Part shown: piece after piece, positions 57,014-64,000 of the stretch | Numbering within the stretch: the first letter of the stretch is position 1 | How the letters are laid out: the number at the start of each line of letters is the position of its first letter | The notes under the pieces: generated by a model | What the model was told of the DNA's origin: nothing | Database searches by the model: none | The model's input: the letters and a program-made list of their open reading frames with translations, nothing else | NCBI GenBank assembly: GCA_964430945.1 | Contig: CAYSHH010000001.1 | Span: forward strand, 82,678-146,677 | DNA: 64,000 nt | From: an uncultured Candidatus Saccharibacteria bacterium | GTDB taxonomy: Bacteria > Patescibacteriota > UBA1384 > JAMDBS01 > CAYSHH01 | Direction of reading: 5' to 3' | Made by a program: the position numbers and the translations under genes

Positions 57014-58216
57014 CTACCCAAACATCAACCACTCTGGTTTAAATATCAAAAGTACTCCAATAATAAGCATCAACGTTCCACCGATCAGATGAGCATATTT
57101 TGTATATTTGCTCGTTGTTGTAGTTAAACGAAGTGTAACCATGGCAATTATAAACACGATAATATCGTCCAACATGTAAAAAATAATATAGATTAGAATA
57201 TTTAAATAGTATTGCCACTTTGGAAGCTCTGAAATAGATAAAATCTGTGTATAGATCACAGGAATTCCAGCCGAGCAAACTGCTTCGACCATATTTATCG
57301 AAAATGCCAAAACCACAATTCCACCGACCGCGACCCAAAAATTCTTTTCCTTAGCATAACGCTTAAGCCCTTCAACAATCTTATTTTCTCTCTTATTCTT
57401 ACTTATCGCGCAAACCGCTTCCTTGTTTTTAGAGTATTCCTTCAGATTGATATAACCCCCGAAAAGTGCGACTATACCAATAATTATTCTTACCCATTTA
57501 AGAAATCCAATAAACATAAGTAAGTTTAAAAATGTGCTTAATACCAAGAAGTAAACCGCAGCGCTAGCAAACAAAAATATTCCACCCAAGATCCACATTC
57601 TCTTGATATCATTTGTAGCCAAAAGCAAAGTAATCAAAAACACCAACACCCACATCGCACATGGATTAAATCCATCCAAGGTACCAAGAACAATTGAGAT
57701 CACTGGTACTGACCAATTTTTAATGTTGATCTCGCCAAAAAATGGCACTCTTATCGTTTCGGGAATATTCTCCTTCACATCCCGACTATCATTATCGGTA
57801 TTCTCACCGTTAGTCACACCCAAAACTACATCTTCACACTTAGTTTCTTGATGACATTTCACCAATTCCTCAATCTTAGAACCAGAAGTAGTATCATCCA
57901 AAAAACCAGATACATATCTATTTCCGATCACTGTCAGAGGAACACCTGATATTTTGGCGTCAAGTTTATTGACAACGTTTTCTAGTAATTTCTGATTTGT
58001 CTCGTCATGCCACACTTCATATTCCTTCACTTCAATATCTGGATATTTCTCTTTAAGAATTGTTAGATATTCCTCTTCCTTAGCACAATGCGGACATCCT
58101 TTGCCATAAAAAAAATGAATGATTGTTTTATTACTATCCTGAGCATGAACACTACCCATACCCAAAAACAGAGTACACAAAAGAAATAGTCCTAAAATTA
58201 TTTTCTTTAAGTTCAT
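57014..58216 (-). CDS. Thioredoxin/glutaredoxin (CPHC) domain fused to DsbD/CcdA-like membrane domain
   Basis: Signal peptide, GCPHC, GVP, LDGFNPCAMWVL, E.VCSAG.P. Confidence 0.85.
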   Translation of the reverse strand: MNLKKIILGLFLLCTLFLGMGSVHAQDSNKTIIHFFYGKGCPHCAKEEEYLTILKEKYPDIEVKEYEVWHDETNQKLLENVVNKLDAKISGVPLTVIGNRYVSGFLDDTTSGSKIEELVKCHQETKCEDVVLGVTNGENTDNDSRDVKENIPETIRVPFFGEINIKNWSVPVISIVLGTLDGFNPCAMWVLVFLITLLLATNDIKRMWILGGIFLFASAAVYFLVLSTFLNLLMFIGFLKWVRIIIGIVALFGGYINLKEYSKNKEAVCAISKNKRENKIVEGLKRYAKEKNFWVAVGGIVVLAFSINMVEAVCSAGIPVIYTQILSISELPKWQYYLNILIYIIFYMLDDIIVFIIAMVTLRLTTTTSKYTKYAHLIGGTLMLIIGVLLIFKPEWLMFG

Positions 58217-58334
58217 AAATACATTTTATTTTATAAACCAAATCATTGCAAAAGTTATATAACACAATTTTGCAAAAATATAAATCACAAATTAAAACTG
58301 TATTGCCAAAAAAAATATTAACAATAAAAATCCA

Positions 58335-58793
58335 TTATTTATTCTTCTTTCCCCATGGTTGATTGCCATCGCCAAATCCACTTTGATCTACCCTGTGACA
58401 GTTTTTTGATCCACAAGAAGGACATTTCATGTCGATTCCTTTTTCACCAGTACCTCTATCTTCTTCCCACTCGTGCTTACAATCCTCGCACATAAATTTT
58501 CTCTTGCTCATCACATACCTCCCACCCTTAATTTTTATTGCTTCTCCCAAAATAATCGCTTTGGCAATCTTACTTCTAGCGCTCTTTAGTACCCTAAAAA
58601 ATGTACTCTGAGATATTTTCATTCTCTGAGCACTTTCGATCTGACCTAATCCTTCATAGTCATTAAGCTTAATTGCTTCGAGTTCCTCAAAATTAATATC
58701 TACTTCATTCAACTCAGCCAATCTTATTCCTCGTGGCTTAAAATAAGTTACTCGGGGATCAAACCCAATATGTCTTAATTTCTTTGGTCTCAT
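58335..58793 (-). CDS. DUF134 family HTH protein with C-terminal Zn ribbon
   Basis: MRPKK.R, YFKPRG, EELEAIKL.D, AQRMKISQSTF, ARSKIA; CEDC...CPSC. Confidence 0.9.
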   Translation of the reverse strand: MRPKKLRHIGFDPRVTYFKPRGIRLAELNEVDINFEELEAIKLNDYEGLGQIESAQRMKISQSTFFRVLKSARSKIAKAIILGEAIKIKGGRYVMSKRKFMCEDCKHEWEEDRGTGEKGIDMKCPSCGSKNCHRVDQSGFGDGNQPWGKKNK

Positions 58794-58884
58794 TCAAAAT
58801 AATAATTATTTAATACATTTTATATACCCAGAAGGTATTTGTCATTTGTGTATATTATACCAAAGGACAAATACACTACCGAGC

Positions 58885-59148
58885 TTATTTTATCTTATTA
58901 AGTCGTTCTTTAATTGCTTTAAGCTCATCTTCAAGATATTTTGCGTCTTCTGTAAGCATCTCTTTTTCTTCCTTCTCAGAGATTACTTGAATATTGGTAT
59001 TTGTGGCATATCCTCTTCCTATCTTACTACCATATCCACATCCACGTACGCATCTTCCGCCTCTAGTATATCCTCCAGCACATTGCCCCATACGTCTACC
59101 TGTCATGGCGCCAGTACCTTGAGGACCTGTTCCATTTAAATTTGGCAT
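58885..59148 (-). CDS. DUF5320 family protein
   Basis: MP..NGTGP.G.GAMTGR.MG.C, Gly/Arg-rich middle, C-terminal coiled coil. Confidence 0.88.
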   Translation of the reverse strand: MPNLNGTGPQGTGAMTGRRMGQCAGGYTRGGRCVRGCGYGSKIGRGYATNTNIQVISEKEEKEMLTEDAKYLEDELKAIKERLNKIK

Positions 59149-59233
59149 TCAAACTCCAATCTATTGCAAAATCCAAAAATTAAAATTTTAATTTTAATTT
59201 TCAATACTCATAAATCTTGCAGTTAATTTGTAT

Positions 59234-59283
59234 TGTCATCCTGAATTTATTTTAGAAAACTTGTATAATCAACTTCAGGATCT
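59234..59283. repeat. REP-like palindrome, interrupted
   Basis: TGTCATCCTGAA...TTCAGGATCT arms with an enlarged loop. Confidence 0.45.
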
Positions 59284-59326
59284 CTAATGTTTTATCGACC
59301 GTTTTTGCATATCATAACCTAAAGTT

Positions 59327-59369
59327 ATGAATATATATTCATTATAATATAGTTCACTGATTTTGTCAA
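59327..59369 (-). promoter_or_regulatory. Consensus promoter with overlapping 16 bp palindromic operator
   Basis: TTGACA-17-TATAAT on minus strand (59369-59341); ATGAATATATATTCAT at 59327-59342. Confidence 0.8.
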
Positions 59370-59420
59370 GAAAGTATCTTAAGTAAATAAAAACGACCAG
59401 TTGTTGTACAATCTTGGTCG

Positions 59421-59870
59421 TTATATAAAAGCCTTATCAGTAAGATCAGTATCAATCTTACACAAAAACATTTCTGGAACATCATTTAAGTATTTCTCCA
59501 ATCTTCTTACGCAATCATCATTATGGAATCCCCCAAGAACGATGATTGAGAAATCAGACTGCAGACCCAGCCTCTCAATGATAAAATCTTTGTCAGGATA
59601 TTTACCGCAGACTATTTCTTCTACCGTACGACCAGAAGAAATAATCATGTCCTCTGATTTTATCATCAAAACTGGTTCGTTTTGCCCTTCTATATTCGGA
59701 AGATATGGATCACCCGAACAAGCGAAAAATAACCAACAAACCTGGAATCCCTCATCGCGATATTTCTGAATTTTTTCATTCATTTTTACTTTGGGATCGA
59801 TACCAGTTTTTCGAACCATGTCATGCCAATAGAACTTCGTCGAATAGAAAAATAATACTCTTTGTTCCAA
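59421..59870 (-). CDS. Hypothetical protein with GGFHxxDCV motif (paralog of 56385-56984)
   Basis: GGAGGTG RBS before TTG; shared motifs. Confidence 0.75.
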   Translation of the reverse strand: MEQRVLFFYSTKFYWHDMVRKTGIDPKVKMNEKIQKYRDEGFQVCWLFFACSGDPYLPNIEGQNEPVLMIKSEDMIISSGRTVEEIVCGKYPDKDFIIERLGLQSDFSIIVLGGFHNDDCVRRLEKYLNDVPEMFLCKIDTDLTDKAFI

Positions 59871-60020
59871 TTGATCTCACCTCCGATTTAAATAACTAAC
59901 ATAAAGAAGTCTTAAAGTACCATATCCTTAAACAATTTTCAATGAGCAAAATAAAAAGGGTCCGATGTGTGCGTGTTGCCATTTGCGGCTACACAATACA
60001 CATGGACCCATAATAGAAAA

Positions 60021-60428
60021 TTATTCTATTCCAATGGCAGTTTTTACCTGCCAAAATCTCTTATCCTGAGAATCGCGAAGCCGCTGAACTCTCTCTGCTC
60101 TTTGTCTTTCTTGTATTTCTTGCTCTACCCGAGAACTACTTTCATAAGCGTGAGCTACCATCAGCCCACCACTTATTATCCAGAAAACCTGGAGAAAAAA
60201 ACCAAACCATGTCACAACTGGACAAAAAAGGATTAGCTCACCTAGTCTGAGTAATCCTCCCAAGAAAAAAACAAACCCGAGAACAAAGGCAATCATCTCG
60301 GGGCCAGAGAAAAATCTCCAGCGTTTTACAGTCTGGCCTTTCAGCCAAGCTGAAAAACTTATTTTCGGCTCACATCCTATGAGTCCAACTAAAATCACTT
60401 TGCAAAACTCAAAAAACTTTTTAAACAT
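60021..60428 (-). CDS. Hypothetical membrane protein
   Basis: AAGGAG RBS, two TM segments, charged tail. Confidence 0.65.
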   Translation of the reverse strand: MFKKFFEFCKVILVGLIGCEPKISFSAWLKGQTVKRWRFFSGPEMIAFVLGFVFFLGGLLRLGELILFCPVVTWFGFFLQVFWIISGGLMVAHAYESSSRVEQEIQERQRAERVQRLRDSQDKRFWQVKTAIGIE

Positions 60429-60655
60429 TTAAAAGATCAACTCCTTTTTATTTTTTGACCAGTTAATATACCAAATTATACCCCAAAAGTCAAGGATTAT
60501 ACACACCAAATCATACACTCAAAGCATTAATTAAATATATAATCACTTTATAAAGAAAGTAATATTAGATTACTACATCGTTTTACTCCTCACGATAACA
60601 CAAAATCAACCCTTTTATAGGCTATTTTTAACATTTACTATATATTATATTCTAC

Positions 60656-63016
60656 CTATTCTAGTAATTTCCCAAGCATAAGCTTCCTCTCAACAGAAGC
60701 AATTAACCTTCTTCCAGGTATAATCATATCTGGATTTACAGAAATTGATGTTATTCCCGATTTTACTAAAAACTCTGTATATTCTGGATATGTAGAAGGA
60801 GCCTGACCACATATCGAAGTGGCCACTCCTCGTTTTCTACATTTTTCAATCATATGTCGTATACCTGTAAGCACTGCCTCATCTCTCTCGTCAAACTCAC
60901 TCGCCAATTTCTGAGAATCCCTATCGATACCAAGCATAAGCTGAGTAAGATCATTACTTCCAATAGAAATACCGTCTATGCCTACATCGATAAACTTATC
61001 AATCAAAATCACATTGGACGGCACTTCAGCCATCATATAAAATTTAAAATCACGCGTATCAAATAGTCCTGATTTTTCTACCAAATTCCTTACTTTTCGC
61101 AGCTCATCAACAGTTCGCACAAAAGGAATCATTAGATGCAAATTTCTAAATCCTCCAGAATTCCTAACCTGCTTTATAGCTTCAAGTTCCATATTGAATA
61201 CCTCCGGCTCATGGATATACCTTGCGCAACCTCGATAACCAATCATTGGGTTTTCTTCTTCGCCTTCGAATTCTTTGCCACCCTTAAGATTTCGGTATTC
61301 ATTGGTCTTAAAATCAGTTGCCCGATAGATAACAGGTCTTGGCGCAAACGCACTCGTAAAAGTTGTCAGTCCCTCAGAAAGCTTATCGATCCACTCAACT
61401 TCTCTTTTTTCCTTAACAAATAATCTAGGATGTTCTCCCATCTCAGCAATTATAAATTCAGCACGCAACAACCCAACACCATCTACAGGCATCTTTGCAA
61501 TTTCTTCTGCACGTGATTTTTCTGCCAAATTAACATATAGCTTTGTACCTGTGATCGGTACTTCTTGTCTCGTTATAATTCGTGCCTTAGTTGTAGTTGG
61601 CACAAGCTTATTGTCAGATTTAGTAAATTTACCTTTGTACACTGTTCCTTTGGCACCATCAACCGTTATCATCTGCCCTTGTTTAAGTGTATGCGTTGCC
61701 CTGCCAGTTCCAACAACACAAGGAATTCCTAATTCTCGTGAGACAATAGCCGCATGACAAGTCCGTCCGCCAGTATCAGTAACGATAGCTTTGGCACGTC
61801 TCATTGCAGGAACAAAATCAGGTGTCGTCATCTCAGTCACCAATACTTCACCATCACTGATTTTATCAATATCACTAGAACTATGAATAATATTAACTGG
61901 TCCAAATGCCATGCCGACAGAAGCAGGTGCTCCTTTCAAAACAACATCGTCACTAGTTGGCTTACTAGGATTTGTACCACTTCCAACCTTTTTCCCTTCA
62001 AACTCAGATACTTTTAGATCATGTTTTAGAGTAGTAACTGGGCGAGATTGAACAAAATATATTTTTTCACCGTCATATGCCCACTCCGTATCTTGAGGAG
62101 TGCCATAGTGTTCTTCGATATTTATTCCAAGCTTAGCAAGTTCAACAATTTTATTATCAGAAAACTTTTGTGCTTTCTTTTCTTCCTCAGTAAGTTTTAG
62201 ATGTTTATCAATCTCCCTATCTCCTTCCAATACTTTAATAATCCTGAAATCCTGATCATGAACTTCTTTAGAAACAATTTTCAAATCGCTCTTAGAAACA
62301 ACATATCTATCTGGAGTAACTAAACCAGATACAATCGCTTCACCAAGTCCTAGTCCTGCATCAATTACAACAACATCTCGATTGTTGGTCACTGGATCAA
62401 TCGTAAACAGTATTCCTGAAACCATAGACTGAATCATTGATTGTACCGGAACAGCTATACCAACCCGAAGATGATCAAACTTGTTTATTTGCCTATAATA
62501 AATAGCTCTTGGTTCAAAAAGAGAAGCCCAGCATTGCTTCACAGCTAAAAGCAATTTATCTCCACCATAAATATTTAAAAATGTTGCTTGCTGACCTGCG
62601 AATGAGGCTTCTGGTAAATCCTCTGCAGTAGCCGATGATCGGACAGCAACATATCGATTACTTGTTTTATTGACTAGAACATTATAACTATCTCGAATAT
62701 CACGTTCAAGTGTAGAATTCATCTTTGCACTCAATATTTTTGACTGAATATCTTTGGCAATCCTATTTAGTTTTTTCGTATCTTCATGATTAAGTCCGTT
62801 TAACTCTGATCTTATCTTTTCAACCAATCCAGACTCATTGAGAAAATTAAAATACGCAGAAGCAGTAATATTAAAACCTGGCGGTACACTAATACCAGCC
62901 TTCATAAGTTCGCCCAAATTGGCACCTTTTCCGCCGACCTCATCAATACTTCCTTTGCCAACCTCATCGAACCAAAGAATATTTTTTATGTCTTTCTTGC
63001 CCCTTTGAAAAAACAT
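60656..63016 (-). CDS. ppsA: Phosphoenolpyruvate synthase
   Basis: GGKGANLGE, AVRSSATAEDLPEASFAGQ, QSRP.T, GGRTCHAAIVSRELG, SIGSNDLTQ, ICGQ. Confidence 0.97.
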   Translation of the reverse strand: MFFQRGKKDIKNILWFDEVGKGSIDEVGGKGANLGELMKAGISVPPGFNITASAYFNFLNESGLVEKIRSELNGLNHEDTKKLNRIAKDIQSKILSAKMNSTLERDIRDSYNVLVNKTSNRYVAVRSSATAEDLPEASFAGQQATFLNIYGGDKLLLAVKQCWASLFEPRAIYYRQINKFDHLRVGIAVPVQSMIQSMVSGILFTIDPVTNNRDVVVIDAGLGLGEAIVSGLVTPDRYVVSKSDLKIVSKEVHDQDFRIIKVLEGDREIDKHLKLTEEEKKAQKFSDNKIVELAKLGINIEEHYGTPQDTEWAYDGEKIYFVQSRPVTTLKHDLKVSEFEGKKVGSGTNPSKPTSDDVVLKGAPASVGMAFGPVNIIHSSSDIDKISDGEVLVTEMTTPDFVPAMRRAKAIVTDTGGRTCHAAIVSRELGIPCVVGTGRATHTLKQGQMITVDGAKGTVYKGKFTKSDNKLVPTTTKARIITRQEVPITGTKLYVNLAEKSRAEEIAKMPVDGVGLLRAEFIIAEMGEHPRLFVKEKREVEWIDKLSEGLTTFTSAFAPRPVIYRATDFKTNEYRNLKGGKEFEGEEENPMIGYRGCARYIHEPEVFNMELEAIKQVRNSGGFRNLHLMIPFVRTVDELRKVRNLVEKSGLFDTRDFKFYMMAEVPSNVILIDKFIDVGIDGISIGSNDLTQLMLGIDRDSQKLASEFDERDEAVLTGIRHMIEKCRKRGVATSICGQAPSTYPEYTEFLVKSGITSISVNPDMIIPGRRLIASVERKLMLGKLLE

Positions 63017-63072
63017 AAGCTTTATTTAATTTAATGTTTTAATTTGGATCAGCTAGGTTTGCCAAATAAAAT

Positions 63073-64000
63073 CTATTTTTTGGCTTCACTAACACATTTT
63101 TTAATATCTGTTTCAATCTTTTTAGCAATTTTTTCATGATCTTTAAGAAACTGTCTAGCTGCGCTTTTACCTTGCCCAAGCTTCTCATCTCCCAATGTAT
63201 ACCATGCTCCAGACTTGTTGATCACACCATATTTTACACCCACATCAAGAAGATCTCCTTCAAAAGAAATTCCGTATGGTGGCAATATATCAAATTCGGC
63301 TTGTTTAAACGGAGGAGCAACCTTATTTTTTACTACTTTAACCCGAGTCCTAGCGCCAATAATTTCATCGCCTTCTTTTATCGCTCCGATTCGACGAATA
63401 TCCATACGAACAGACGAGTAAAATTTTAATGCCATTCCACCAGTCGTAGTTTCTGGGTTACCAAACATTATTCCTATTTTCATCCTAATCTGGTTGATAA
63501 ATATTACGCAAGTCTTAGTCTTACTTACTATTGCAGTAAGCTTACGTAGCGCCTGACTCATAAGCCTTGCTTGAAGGCCCACATTGGCATCGCCCATTTC
63601 TCCCTCAATTTCATGTTTGGGAGTCAATGCAGCAACCGAATCAACAACAACTATATCTAGCGCATTTGATCGCACCAAGGTTTCTGTAATTTCTAAAGCT
63701 TGCTCACCAGTATCGGGTTGTGAAATTAAAAGTTCGTCAATATTTATACCAATATTTTTCGCATATTCTGGATCAAAAGCGTGTTCAGCATCAATAAACG
63801 CAGCCAAACCACCCAATTTCTGACATTGTGAAACAATATGCATTGTAAGAGTAGTTTTTCCAGATGACTCTGGCCCATATATTTCAATGATTCTACCCCT
63901 AGGCACACCACCAATACCGAGAGCCATATCCAAAGATATCGAACCAGTAGGTATAGATCCAATATTGAGTGTCTTTCTCTGTCCTAGTTTCATGATACTA
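63073..64000 (-). CDS. recA: RecA recombinase (5' end outside window)
   Basis: [43 protein letters not shown]. Confidence 0.98.
   Translation of the reverse strand, partial: SIMKLGQRKTLNIGSIPTGSISLDMALGIGGVPRGRIIEIYGPESSGKTTLTMHIVSQCQKLGGLAAFIDAEHAFDPEYAKNIGINIDELLISQPDTGEQALEITETLVRSNALDIVVVDSVAALTPKHEIEGEMGDANVGLQARLMSQALRKLTAIVSKTKTCVIFINQIRMKIGIMFGNPETTTGGMALKFYSSVRMDIRRIGAIKEGDEIIGARTRVKVVKNKVAPPFKQAEFDILPPYGISFEGDLLDVGVKYGVINKSGAWYTLGDEKLGQGKSAARQFLKDHEKIAKKIETDIKKCVSEAKK

Noticed and set aside
59401-59769. 122-aa plus-strand ORF
   Set aside because: The opposite-strand ORF is supported by an RBS and by paralogy with 56385-56984
1-64000. CRISPR array, rRNA, IS transposase, retron/DGR reverse transcriptase
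   Set aside because: No regularly spaced repeats, rRNA-like sequence or RT/transposase motifs seen

Overview
AT-rich bacterial chromosome segment. The gene style suggests a Patescibacteria/CPR genome, which is inference. The mostly minus-strand backbone carries pcrA (partial), dnaB, dnaX, a two-component cluster, an L,D-transpeptidase, a sortase, ftsH, rpoD, dnaG, ppsA and recA (partial). Seven tRNAs are present, including a rare tRNA-Ile(UAU). The main accessory feature is a ~24 kb element (about 28981-53098) at the 3' end of tRNA-Asn, with an outward-pointing large serine recombinase at each end. It holds three modules. (1) A TetR/RND/ABC/patatin cassette bracketed by two related TGAGA-N25-TCTCA sites. 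(2) A capsid-less phage-like operon: Zn-finger regulator, ParB-methyltransferase, second methyltransferase, small and large terminase. (3) A convergent operon of four predicted nuclease/helicase proteins behind a C4/CI-like structured RNA leader and terminator. Other notable items are a three-gene ATP-grasp cluster next to tRNA-Ile, a ~250 nt three-hairpin putative ncRNA between pcrA and dnaB, a ~390 nt structured leader before a surface protein, and a pair of unknown-family paralogs. All calls come from reading motifs by eye; no database searches were run.
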